From: a virus
Strand: one strand, 5' to 3'
DNA length: 64,000 nt
IMG/VR virus record: IMGVR_UViG_3300024239_000132
Span: 9,250-73,249 of that record
Within the stretch, counting starts at the first letter, position 1; each line of letters opens with the position of its first letter. The notes under the pieces were generated by a model. That model did no database searches, was not told where the DNA came from, and worked only from the letters and a program-made list of their open reading frames with translations. Shown one piece after another: positions 39,564 to 48,040 of the stretch. The position numbers were made by a program, and so were the translations under genes.

Positions 39564-40303
39564 TATCCTGCCTCCGGTGGTGTGGTTGGCCGCCATGCGG
39601 TCGGTTGCAGGCTCATGGCCTCATTTTCATTTGAGGCCCAGCAAGCTCCACCAGACCAGCACGGCGGATGTTCGCCGTCGATCTCTGCCTGCCATTGGTC
39701 GCAAGTCTCATCGAGCGAGGACATCGAGGCATCGGGCAAAAGGCGAGCAAGGAAGGTCATGCTTCCGACCTTGACCTCAACCGGCGTGTCATACGGAGCC
39801 GTCTCTATCGGCCTCCAAGCCTCGGCAGGTGGTGCGGGGAGGGTGGTGCGCCGCACGTCTGTGAGGATAGCACCGCCATTGATAAGGCGCAGAAGCTCAT
39901 CGACGCTTTCGATTGTCTTGGTCTGGCGGCGAATACCTACAGTCGCGGTGAATGCAGTTGCCACCGGTGGTGTGGGGAGGGCGTAGAGGGGCATTGTCGC
40001 CATGCCCGATGGACGGGAATGCAGCACAATTCCGTTCGCTTCGAACTCGCTCTTGCGGTTCAACATCTCCGGAATGATGTAGCCCACCACCTCCCCGCGC
40101 TCGGCAGACTGGCGGTGACGGGCGAAGGCTTGGACAAGATAGTGATCGTCATACTTTCCCGCCCGCACCTCACCGATAAAGAGGGCTGGTTCCTCATCCT
40201 TTCTCACATAGAGGTGGCACAGTATTGGAAGCGCCGCATCGCGATCCGCCTGAGTGACCGTCACTTCCGCTTCCCGCGCCTCTTGGCTTACTGTGGTGGT
40301 CAT
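39563..40303 (-). CDS. Mosaic hypothetical protein (DUF551-like C-terminus)
   Basis: VTQADRDAA...QAFARHR module followed by WRPIETAP...PTAWRP. Confidence 0.65.
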   Translation of the reverse strand: MTTTVSQEAREAEVTVTQADRDAALPILCHLYVRKDEEPALFIGEVRAGKYDDHYLVQAFARHRQSAERGEVVGYIIPEMLNRKSEFEANGIVLHSRPSGMATMPLYALPTPPVATAFTATVGIRRQTKTIESVDELLRLINGGAILTDVRRTTLPAPPAEAWRPIETAPYDTPVEVKVGSMTFLARLLPDASMSSLDETCDQWQAEIDGEHPPCWSGGACWASNENEAMSLQPTAWRPTTPPEAG

Positions 40304-40500
40304 CGGGTGGGTTCCTTGGGTTCACAACGCCAATACGTGGTGGTGGTCACTTCCATGGCGAATATCTTGTCGCATGCCTCGCAGGCGTATTCGATCAGGT
40401 CTTCATTGTAGAAGAAGCCCCCATCGTGCTGATGGACGTGGCCGCAGTATGGACATTCCGGCGCGGCATCACTGAGCGTAGTTCCACAGGTCTTATCCAC
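40300..40500 (-). CDS. Zinc-ribbon protein
   Basis: CPYC...CEAC. Confidence 0.6.
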   Translation of the reverse strand: MDKTCGTTLSDAAPECPYCGHVHQHDGGFFYNEDLIEYACEACDKIFAMEVTTTTYWRCEPKEPTR

Positions 40501-40798
40501 GGCTTGGTTCCTTGGGTTGGTGGGCCGCGACGATCTCCTTCACCACGTCCACAATGATTGCGTCCTGCTCGGTGTTGATACCGCAGGGCATTCTGCTGGT
40601 TGCCTTGCAGACAGGGCACTTGCCTGGGGAAAAGGTGTGATCCCTGCGGATCGGGCACTTCAGAAGCGCTGCCTTGCGGGCATTCAGTGCCTCAGCGAGT
40701 TGGCTGACGGTCTTATCCACGGCCTGCCTCCTCAATAGCATCGGCAGCTTCAATCTCGGTGTGGTGCAGTGACTGGACGACGCACTTGCAACCACCAT
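40493..40798 (-). CDS. Hypothetical Cys-rich protein (true start probably downstream, at VDKTV)
   Basis: KCP...H...CPVC...PC. Confidence 0.45.
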   Translation of the reverse strand: MVVASASSSHCTTPRLKLPMLLRRQAVDKTVSQLAEALNARKAALLKCPIRRDHTFSPGKCPVCKATSRMPCGINTEQDAIIVDVVKEIVAAHQPKEPSRG

Positions 40799-40898
40799 CG
40801 ACGCGCTTGCTTGGATCTATCGCGATGACGGCAAATCTTTCTCCGTTGACGCCCTTATAGGCTTCATCAAGAGTGGCTATTGCGAGGTAAGGCTTCAT
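40713..40898 (-). CDS. Hypothetical protein
   Basis: ATGA overlap; ends EAGRG like its neighbours. Confidence 0.55.
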   Translation of the reverse strand: MKPYLAIATLDEAYKGVNGERFAVIAIDPSKRVDGGCKCVVQSLHHTEIEAADAIEEAGRG

Positions 40899-41095
40899 CG
40901 GCCTGCCTCCGGTCCATACAGCGGGTCTGGTTCGCTACCGTCTTCCGCAATCCAATGTTCTGCGCTGCGGTCTCCATCATCACAGAGATTGCACTTGTCG
41001 TGCTCAATGCGGGCGACCCAATCGGGCACGTCGGGGAAACTGGAGCGCTGAAACTCAACAGACCGTTTACACTTGCGGCAATGTAGGGAGATCAT
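40895..41095 (-). CDS. Zinc-binding hypothetical protein
   Basis: CRKC...CNLC; ATGA overlap. Confidence 0.55.
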   Translation of the reverse strand: MISLHCRKCKRSVEFQRSSFPDVPDWVARIEHDKCNLCDDGDRSAEHWIAEDGSEPDPLYGPEAGR

Positions 41096-41466
41096 CGGCC
41101 TGCCTCCTTGAGTGCTGCGAGAAGGTCGCGGGCGCGTTCAAAGTCCTCGTATGAGAACCAGTCCTGCACCCTGTCGCGGTAGATCATTTCCCAGACGGCT
41201 TGCGTGTCTTTCGGGTCATCCTCGCCGACGAACGCAAACGCCTCCAGCGCCTCAACAAGCCGGTGATGGCTGTTCACTGCATGGACGATGAAGGCGGCGT
41301 TGGCTTCGACACGCGAGTATTCACCGGCGTCAATTTCGGTCGGCCAAGGCAGTGCTGCGCAAACAAGCCCGCCAAGGTTACTGCCAACAATATACACGCC
41401 GGGGTCATTTTCGGTTTCCAGCACCTGCGCTTCCCAAGGCAAAGGCGTATGTGCAGTCTCAGTCAT
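41092..41466 (-). CDS. Hypothetical phage protein (HTPxPW family)
   Basis: MTETAHTPLPW...EANAAFIVHAVNSHHRLVEALE. Confidence 0.65.
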   Translation of the reverse strand: MTETAHTPLPWEAQVLETENDPGVYIVGSNLGGLVCAALPWPTEIDAGEYSRVEANAAFIVHAVNSHHRLVEALEAFAFVGEDDPKDTQAVWEMIYRDRVQDWFSYEDFERARDLLAALKEAGR

Positions 41467-41809
41467 GGCGGGCATCCCCAAAGCAAATCTCACCGGCCCG
41501 TGAAATGTCCTTGCCGCAGACCTTGCATCGCAGCGTGTGCAGTTCGCCGTTGCGGGCTTTGATCTCGGGCGGGCAGTCTGGATCACCCGGCCCCCACGAG
41601 ACGTGCTTGCGGCTGATGGCGCGGTCAAAGGCTTCCGCGATCTGCACAGCCAGCCATGCAATGCGCGGTTCCTCGGTGTTGCTTTCCAGCCAAAGCGCGA
41701 TGTGGCCCGCGTTGGTGATGTCGAGTTCGGCACAGTAGCGCTCGACTGCATTGCTTGCCTTTTCCATCGCCTCGGGGGTGAATGGTGATTGCTTCTGGTT
41801 CTCACTCAT
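41459..41809 (-). CDS. Hypothetical protein
   Basis: 116 aa; NGE...RCKVCG; ATGA overlap. Confidence 0.6.
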   Translation of the reverse strand: MSENQKQSPFTPEAMEKASNAVERYCAELDITNAGHIALWLESNTEEPRIAWLAVQIAEAFDRAISRKHVSWGPGDPDCPPEIKARNGELHTLRCKVCGKDISRAGEICFGDARHD

Positions 41810-41952
41810 TTCGCTTCACTCCAATGCGGCACACCCCGCCCCGCCAGCGTGAATTGATCCATCATCTTGTTCCATTGAATCCTGGCCCAGATCGCTAGTC
41901 CAACCAGACAAAGAAAGACGAACGTGGCAGGAATCATTATGACAAAGAGCAT
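41806..41952 (-). CDS. Small membrane protein
   Basis: MLFVIMIPATFVFLCLVGLAIWARIQW; RBS AAGGGA. Confidence 0.5.
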   Translation of the reverse strand: MLFVIMIPATFVFLCLVGLAIWARIQWNKMMDQFTLAGRGVPHWSEAK

Positions 41953-42003
41953 GCTGTGTTCCCTTTCTGGTTCGCAGCTAGCGGAGCCGGGTGTAATTGC
42001 CAA

Positions 42004-42234
42004 TCCATACAAAGCCCATACAGTAGCTTTTTAAGATGAGCATTTTATCACATAAATTTAGTATCTTAGTGGAATTCGCCTTGTCCCTTCACACGGGTGG
42101 GGTCACAGGTTCAATCCCTGTCGCGCCCACCACTTAAACCCCTGAAATTACTAGGTTTTAAGTGGCTTGGTTGACCGAACCAAGAAAGCCAAAATACGGC
42201 AAAACACGTCAAATTTCATACAAATCCATACAAA
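42004..42234 (+). repeat. Integrase arm-type direct repeats flanking the att core
   Basis: TCCATACAAA 42004, CCCATACAG 42015, TTCATACAAA 42215, TCCATACAAA 42225. Confidence 0.7.
42085..42132 (+). mobile_element. attP core: 3' part of tRNA-Val(CAC)
   Basis: CCC-TTCACAC-GGGTG-GGGTC-ACAGG-TTCAATC-CCTGT-CGCGCCC-A-CCA; anticodon loop through CCA present, 5' half absent; 0.8 kb from an integrase. Confidence 0.88.
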
Positions 42235-42324
42235 ACGCATGCAGAGCCCAGACGGTGCAGCAGATAACTTCAGCACTAGGCGTTGCATGATTCGTTTGGC
42301 ATAAGCCTCTCACACTTATGAGGA

Positions 42325-42651
42325 ATGCTTATGCGGACGATGATTGTGTTGGGTCTGAGCCTGGCTTTGGGAGCATGCTCTTCGACAATGACCCAGGAAC
42401 AGGCCATGGCTCGATACGGTACTACTGATCCTGCTACGATCGCTGCGATTCAGCAGAGGAATTACAACCAGACCATGAACAATCTGACTGCCATGAACAG
42501 CCAGATGCAACAGAACGTAGCCACGGGATGGGTTACCTTGAGCCAAGGGCAACAGCCCCCAGCTGTAGGCAATTACCAGTACCAGGGATCCGATGGATCA
42601 TGGATCTACTGTGTTCGTGTAAGCGCCAGTGTCGTTAACTGCCGCCAATGA
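42325..42651 (+). CDS. Lipoprotein (moron / exclusion candidate)
   Basis: Signal peptide with lipobox LGAC; RBS GAGGA; opposite strand to neighbours. Confidence 0.75.
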   Translation: MLMRTMIVLGLSLALGACSSTMTQEQAMARYGTTDPATIAAIQQRNYNQTMNNLTAMNSQMQQNVATGWVTLSQGQQPPAVGNYQYQGSDGSWIYCVRVSASVVNCRQ

Positions 42652-42870
42652 GTTGTGGGCAATCTCAGGATAGAGGGCGTCCGACCAGGGTTTCCCGGAA
42701 GCAACCCAACCAGCATAGAAAGCTGGGAGGTCAGCTTCCGGGAGAGATGCTTCCAAGGCTGCATTCTCATAGGTTCCCGCGGTGAACAGAAGACCTGTCA
42801 CCTCCAGCTCTGGATGGGCAACAGCAACTTCATCGAAGTCTTCGAGTAGGATGCTTTTAAGGGATTGCAT
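42598..42870 (-). CDS. Hypothetical protein
   Basis: RBS GGAG; 90 aa downstream of integrase. Confidence 0.5.
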   Translation of the reverse strand: MQSLKSILLEDFDEVAVAHPELEVTGLLFTAGTYENAALEASLPEADLPAFYAGWVASGKPWSDALYPEIAHNSLAAVNDTGAYTNTVDP

Positions 42871-42917
42871 GGCAAGGCTCCGTGAAAATTTACACGTTGA
42901 GTCTTGCTACCCTCAAG

Positions 42918-44024
42918 TCAAGCCTTCCTCAGTTTGATCTTGGTCTTGGCCTCGGCTCTAGCAATGCCTGCGAGCTGGGCTTCATGGACCTTGTTGGCGA
43001 TCTCTTCTGCGTGGGTGTAGGTACGCTTCATCAAATTGACGTCAGCCCACCCACCAAAGGCAGCAGCTGCCTTCTCGTCGATAGAGTGCCTGACGTTCAG
43101 TTCCTGACCGAAGCCATGTCTGCCGGCGGCATGGAACGGGATGAATTCTATCTTGGCTTTCTCGATAGCCTTGTTCCAAGCCTTGCGAGGAGAAGATCTT
43201 TCGGCATAGCCGAATAGGCGCCGGTTACGATCGGTATGTTCCCAGCCTCTGGGATAGAGTTCAGGTGGCAGCTCTCTGAGTTCGGCCGCCAGCCATTCAG
43301 GGATATCGAGCCAGCGATCTCCCATTCCCTTGGCTCCAGGAATGCACAGCCTTGATCCGGCAGAATCGAAATGGCTGGGGTGCATTTCCATAGCCTGAGA
43401 AATTCGAGCACCGGTAGCGAACATGGTCAGAGCCAGAGCTCTCACTCTTGGTTCGGCATGCTCGCAGAATTGGAGGATCCATTCCCATGAGCCAGGAGGA
43501 TAATGCTTTCGGCCAGATGAGCCTCGTCTCTTGTCCTGCCTGGTTCGCTCCTGACGATCATAGCCCTTGATTTTAATGGGGGCACATTTGCCCAGATCAT
43601 GGGCATTGTTGATGACAGATCGGACAGGAGTCAGAACCTGACGGGTCCATGTGACGGTACCAGCATCAGGGTAGATTTCTCGAGCGAGTTCTCTCACCAT
43701 TTTGGGGGTGATCTCGATCAGAGGCTTTTCACCCCATTCCTCGAGTATCGGTATAAGATAGCCGGCAGTCTTGGCATTGGCCTCGTACAGCAGACAGGCT
43801 TCGGCAAAGGTGAATGCCTTTTCCTCTTCCTTGTCTGCTGTTTCAGGACCAAGCAGAAAGCGTCGGACTATCCTTGCTTCTTCCTGCCTGCACCACTCCC
43901 ACGCACCTTGCTCTGATAGAGCTCCAGTGCTTTTCTGGTAGTAGTCTGAGATGGGCCGGCCTTCGTGCGTGACTCGACCTTTGGCCCACCATTTGGTGCC
44001 TCTGAGGTACGGTTCGAGCGGCAC
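42918..44024 (-). CDS. int: Tyrosine recombinase / integrase
   Basis: Catalytic set R (TGARISQ), K (GAKG), H..R (FHAAGRH), W (GGW), Y (RTYTH); N-terminal arm-binding-like beta domain. Confidence 0.92.
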   Translation of the reverse strand: MPLEPYLRGTKWWAKGRVTHEGRPISDYYQKSTGALSEQGAWEWCRQEEARIVRRFLLGPETADKEEEKAFTFAEACLLYEANAKTAGYLIPILEEWGEKPLIEITPKMVRELAREIYPDAGTVTWTRQVLTPVRSVINNAHDLGKCAPIKIKGYDRQERTRQDKRRGSSGRKHYPPGSWEWILQFCEHAEPRVRALALTMFATGARISQAMEMHPSHFDSAGSRLCIPGAKGMGDRWLDIPEWLAAELRELPPELYPRGWEHTDRNRRLFGYAERSSPRKAWNKAIEKAKIEFIPFHAAGRHGFGQELNVRHSIDEKAAAAFGGWADVNLMKRTYTHAEEIANKVHEAQLAGIARAEAKTKIKLRKA

Positions 44025-44263
44025 TTCTCACCTTCCTTGAGTATCAGTTCCATGTGACCCACGGTGATCAGCATGGTTCGTCCGAGCTTTATCCGAGCAC
44101 CGAGCTTGTTGGCCTTCTCTCTGAGACTCCGTTCAGAGATGGTAATGCCCTTCTCGGCCAGCAACTCCACCCATTCGGATGGTTGCTTTCCGTGTTCGAT
44201 GACATGGGGAACAGACGGGTTCAAGGGAATGAAAGAGCGACCGATGAAGTCATGCACAGCCAT
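43868..44263 (-). CDS. Excisionase-like winged-helix protein overlapping int
   Basis: PSEWVELL...ISERSLREKANKLGARIKLGRTMLIT; 3' end overlaps int 5' end by 157 nt. Confidence 0.65.
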   Translation of the reverse strand: MAVHDFIGRSFIPLNPSVPHVIEHGKQPSEWVELLAEKGITISERSLREKANKLGARIKLGRTMLITVGHMELILKEGEKCRSNRTSEAPNGGPKVESRTKAGPSQTTTRKALELYQSKVRGSGAGRKKQG

Positions 44264-44274
44264 GGGTCAGCCTT

Positions 44275-44793
44275 TCACTCAAAGATCGATGCCACCGGCT
44301 CGTCAGCTTGGTTGGCGTACTTGCCAGTGTAAGCAGCTGGATGAGCGATCTGGTGGAATATCACTTGTGCGATTCCCGAACCAGCAGGGACGTGAATGAG
44401 TTCCGGCCCATTGAAGGTCAGTTCCAGGGTCAAGTGGCCCGACCATCCCGGTTCAAGGTTGGTAGTCCTACTGGCGTCGAGACCTACCCTCGCCCAGGTG
44501 GATTTGTTGAGCACATGGCCCATCAGGTCATTGGGAAGGTCGAAGCATTCTAGAGATGATGCCAGAACGAATGAACCGTAGGTTCTCGGACCATCATCTA
44601 CACGATACATCGGTGGTCGATGCATTTCCCCGCTGAAGTGATACAGTGGGGGGTAGAATGTGACGCTCTGCTTGATCCGAATATCGTAGCCACATTCCGT
44701 CAGGCCATGGCTAACGCCATTATGTTTGACCTTGCGAGCGAGCATGTCCTTGATCGGAGCTGCCTTGAGCAAGCTGGGTCCGTTGATGACCAT
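44275..44793 (-). CDS. dcd: dCTP deaminase
   Basis: GYDIRI, KSTWARVG, EPGWSGHLTLEL, IAQVIF, YTGKY. Confidence 0.9.
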   Translation of the reverse strand: MVINGPSLLKAAPIKDMLARKVKHNGVSHGLTECGYDIRIKQSVTFYPPLYHFSGEMHRPPMYRVDDGPRTYGSFVLASSLECFDLPNDLMGHVLNKSTWARVGLDASRTTNLEPGWSGHLTLELTFNGPELIHVPAGSGIAQVIFHQIAHPAAYTGKYANQADEPVASIFE

Positions 44794-44960
44794 TAGATCA
44801 CTCCTGTGAGTACGGACAGCAGCCGGGTATGTTCGAAATCGAGCCTACCCTGTGCCTTGTTCCGCTCATTTGCATCACGGTGCCCGGCACTTACATGTTC
44901 ACGGACAGCGTATTCGAAGTCAGCGATCAGCTTGAAAGCTGCACGCTTGGAAGTGGCCAT
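44793..44960 (-). CDS. Small hypothetical protein (55 aa)
   Basis: MATSKRAAFKLIADFEYAVREH...; coupled at both ends (TGATG, TAATG). Confidence 0.55.
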   Translation of the reverse strand: MATSKRAAFKLIADFEYAVREHVSAGHRDANERNKAQGRLDFEHTRLLSVLTGVI

Positions 44961-45379
44961 CAGCCTCGATCCTCCCGAAGCATCTCACCGATGCGGCAGC
45001 CGATAGCGTTGTAGATCCGTTCGATCTCACGCTGGTCTGCATCTTCGATGAGCCAGTTCTGGATGTACTCGACAGTCAGGATCTTGCTGAGCTGAGGCGT
45101 CATCGGAGCAGGCTTGGGATCAGCCCTCACTTCTTCCACTGGTTCAGCCGGAATGCTGTCCGACAGGTCGACCGCGGTATCCGTGACCTCGATGTTCTCA
45201 GGCGCCTGAGGCTGGCTGTTAAGCAGTTCGTCGAGCATCTGCTGGACCCATGCCATGAGACCAGACTTGTCGGTCGGGATATCGATCTGGGAATAGTCCT
45301 TGTTGACCTTCCCTGCATCAGCCTGGGTACCAAGTATCCTGGTATGGCCCGCTACATCGACGGCGAGATAGAAAATCAT
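44960..45379 (-). CDS. Hypothetical protein
   Basis: GTQADA...IDIPTDKSGLMAW. Confidence 0.6.
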   Translation of the reverse strand: MIFYLAVDVAGHTRILGTQADAGKVNKDYSQIDIPTDKSGLMAWVQQMLDELLNSQPQAPENIEVTDTAVDLSDSIPAEPVEEVRADPKPAPMTPQLSKILTVEYIQNWLIEDADQREIERIYNAIGCRIGEMLREDRG

Positions 45380-45475
45380 CTAAATCTCTTTCTTTTTGAT
45401 TGACAATGTGAAGTATAGTCGCAATAACGGCTACGCCGTTATTGGCGACACTCCAACATTATTGAGGAAATACTA

Positions 45476-45538
45476 ATGGAACTCAGCACTATTGCTTGGA
45501 TAGCACTGGACGTTGCCATCTGGTTGTTCGGAGACTGA
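45476..45538 (+). CDS. 20-aa hydrophobic peptide
   Basis: MELSTIAWIALDVAIWLFGD; RBS GAGGA; upstream TTGACA; own + strand terminator. Confidence 0.55.
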   Translation: MELSTIAWIALDVAIWLFGD

Positions 45539-45545
45539 CTCAACC

Positions 45546-45572
45546 ACCCCCGGAGTGATCCGGGGGTTTTTT
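45546..45572 (+). terminator. Intrinsic terminator oriented for + strand
   Basis: ACCCCCGGA-GTGA-TCCGGGGGT-TTTTT. Confidence 0.8.
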
Positions 45573-46765
45573 CATGCGTTGATGCAAATGAGCTGGCCAA
45601 ACGGAACCTTGGCTTCTCTGCCATTGATGGCGATCCAGATGGTGGGACACTTGGGTCCCGGCTGCATCGGTGTGACGTACATATCGGAGAAGATGATGGC
45701 TGCCGTCGGATTGACATCCATCATGTGCTGACGGATTTCCTTGAAGCAGGTGCCACCACGACCTTGAACATCGATCCCATCGAAGGGATCATCTTCGGTC
45801 AGCTCGACAATCTTCTGAATCTTGGTGTCAAACATGACGATGGTCATCTTCTCAGGATTGTACTTGGTCTTGATGGCCTTCACTTCGGAGTTCATCCGGT
45901 CGGTGACTGGTCCTCTGGTGGAACCAGAAACGTCCCAGTAGAATGCCAGATGAGTAAGGCGTTCATCGCTTTCCAGGGAGGGCATGTAGATGTCCGGATA
46001 CCGACGGTTTGGACGCCGGTAGGTATAGTCATCCGAGCACCTCTCATCGAGAAAGCGATCGAGCAGCACATCCCAAGCAACCTTAGGGGTAAGGAACTTG
46101 TTGATGTGCTCAACAACAGATCCAGGAACAGCGCCAGGCTTGCCGGCCGCTACTGCTGTGTGAGCAGCCTGGATCACATTGTTGATGGCCCTCTGGGTAT
46201 CTTCCATGGACATTTGAGGAGCCATATCCTGCCCATTGGTTCCACCTGTAGGCATATTCCCTTGTGGACCAGACGATGGATCTCCATCAGCTGAACCAGG
46301 ACCACGAGGGGCACATGGGGGGTCTGGCAGATCGGCATAGATATCTTCTACTGCCCATCCCCGGTACTTTTCGTCCCAAATGAAGTAAGGACTCTCAACG
46401 GCATAGCCGTCTTTCTTGAGGTTGTTGTTGATGTCGATATCGCAGGCGATGTTCCATTTCTTCGGATCCCTGTCGCCCATACGAGCGAAGTGAAGATTGG
46501 CGGGATGCCAGATCTCGTGAAGCAGAGTGGATTTCCTGAGCTCAGGGGTGAGCTCAAGGAAATCATTGGGATTCCACCAGACATGGATGCCGTCAGTCGC
46601 AGCTGTCTGCACATCCAATGTCCAGATGAATTCCATACCGCACATCAGGGGACCCAGGAATGCTCCATTGTCCCCCAGAAATGCTGCTGTCTTGGCTCGA
46701 TCGAACTCCTGATTAAGGGAGTCCATATCGAAGCCAGAATCGCTGGAAAGCGGTCGGAAGCTCAT
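45572..46765 (-). CDS. Metallopeptidase-vWA protein (N4 gp25-like)
   Basis: TAATDG, HEIWH, NIACDIDIN, MIDAS DVSGS, GRGGT, FSD. Confidence 0.88.
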   Translation of the reverse strand: MSFRPLSSDSGFDMDSLNQEFDRAKTAAFLGDNGAFLGPLMCGMEFIWTLDVQTAATDGIHVWWNPNDFLELTPELRKSTLLHEIWHPANLHFARMGDRDPKKWNIACDIDINNNLKKDGYAVESPYFIWDEKYRGWAVEDIYADLPDPPCAPRGPGSADGDPSSGPQGNMPTGGTNGQDMAPQMSMEDTQRAINNVIQAAHTAVAAGKPGAVPGSVVEHINKFLTPKVAWDVLLDRFLDERCSDDYTYRRPNRRYPDIYMPSLESDERLTHLAFYWDVSGSTRGPVTDRMNSEVKAIKTKYNPEKMTIVMFDTKIQKIVELTEDDPFDGIDVQGRGGTCFKEIRQHMMDVNPTAAIIFSDMYVTPMQPGPKCPTIWIAINGREAKVPFGQLICINA

Positions 46766-46923
46766 CGATCCCACCTTTTGAAAGTAAGCCGGTGTGCCCA
46801 TTCCCTTCCTAGATCGTAAGCGTAATCCAGATGGGTGTATGGGCACTCTTCGGTGCGGTTGGGGTCAGCCCAGGTAAAGCCCAAGCGAAACTCGAACATG
46901 CCCAGTAGAAAGGCTCGAAGCAT
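46762..46923 (-). CDS. Small hypothetical protein (53 aa)
   Basis: MLRAFLLGMFEFR...AYDLGREWAHRLT; RBS GGAGG. Confidence 0.55.
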   Translation of the reverse strand: MLRAFLLGMFEFRLGFTWADPNRTEECPYTHLDYAYDLGREWAHRLTFKRWDR

Positions 46924-46938
46924 AATTGCCTCCCTGGT

Positions 46939-48018
46939 TCAGGCAGCGTTCTTGAGCTGGCGATCCTGAGGATTAAGATACTGCGACAGTGCCACCATTG
47001 CCTTGATGAAAGTCGGATGGCTGTGCAGCTTAGCGTTGCCGGCAATCGCAGTGCGATAGAACAGGATACGGTTCTCGATACCGAAGCGGTCCATGTACTG
47101 AGCCAGAGGACCAAAGGTCTTGTCGTCAGCTTCAGTGGCCAGCTTCATCGTCACTGCCCAACGGGTAGCCGTATCCCCAGGGATGTTGGCTGACATTGGG
47201 TCATTGATGATGGCCCGGATATCCGGAAGCGAAGCGTAGACCTTGGTGAACTGCACGAAGTCGACAGCTACGCCTGGGCTGATGGTGCCGACATAGAGAG
47301 GAGTCTTGGCATCAGTGATCTCCTGATCTTTGATTAAGCGATTCATGAACTCCCAGGTACGTTGGCAGCAGAACGTATCGTTCTTGTGATCCGGCTTGAA
47401 GTCGTTGAGCGAGCTGGGCTTCCAGTTGAGGTAAGCAATGATCCGCGGATCATACTTCTGGGGCGTAGCTACGTCTTCGAGCCACTCCTTGAAGTCCGTC
47501 CGCATCTTGATGTGAACCACACGGCTCTGGAGTGCAGTGCCGATACGGGTAGTGATGGCGCCGTCGGTATCATGGTTGCCGGCCATGGTTGGGGCAACGA
47601 ATTCATGCAGACGGTGCTGGCCTACCATGCGATCGAGAATCAGCTTGTAGGAAGCTGCCTGGACTGCCTTGGTGGCCGAGTTGGCCTCATCAAGGAATAG
47701 CATCCAGCCCTGCTTGTTCTTGGGCAGAGGAATGCCTTCCAGTGGGAAGAGCTCCTCGAATGGCATGAAGGCAGCCTTACCATCTTCAGTGAAGCGGGGC
47801 AGACCATTCATGTCCGTCGGTTCAGAGGTGCTGAGACGATGATCGATCAGCTGGAGTTCCAGCTTGTCAGCGACCTGACGCATGATCGAGCTCTTGCCCA
47901 TCCCGGGCGAGCTTTTCACGAAAGGAACCAGACCAGCATAGATACAGTCTTCGACGAACTGTGCGGTCTGGCGGGGAGTGCATTCGTAAATGGAATCGAG
48001 AGTTGCCTGGTTCGACAT
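46939..48018 (-). CDS. MoxR-like AAA ATPase (N4 gp24-like)
   Basis: SSPGMGKS, LFLDE, AGN, QRTWE; partner of the vWA gene. Confidence 0.88.
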   Translation of the reverse strand: MSNQATLDSIYECTPRQTAQFVEDCIYAGLVPFVKSSPGMGKSSIMRQVADKLELQLIDHRLSTSEPTDMNGLPRFTEDGKAAFMPFEELFPLEGIPLPKNKQGWMLFLDEANSATKAVQAASYKLILDRMVGQHRLHEFVAPTMAGNHDTDGAITTRIGTALQSRVVHIKMRTDFKEWLEDVATPQKYDPRIIAYLNWKPSSLNDFKPDHKNDTFCCQRTWEFMNRLIKDQEITDAKTPLYVGTISPGVAVDFVQFTKVYASLPDIRAIINDPMSANIPGDTATRWAVTMKLATEADDKTFGPLAQYMDRFGIENRILFYRTAIAGNAKLHSHPTFIKAMVALSQYLNPQDRQLKNAA

Positions 48019-48040
48019 GGGGTATTCCTCTATTGAGAGC

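Noticed and set aside
41958-41973. Alphaproteobacterial LexA box (GTTC-N7-GTTC)
   Set aside because: Spacing is 8 nt, not 7
42060-42132. Complete tRNA-Val gene
   Set aside because: The 5' acceptor strand and D arm are missing; interpreted as the attP core
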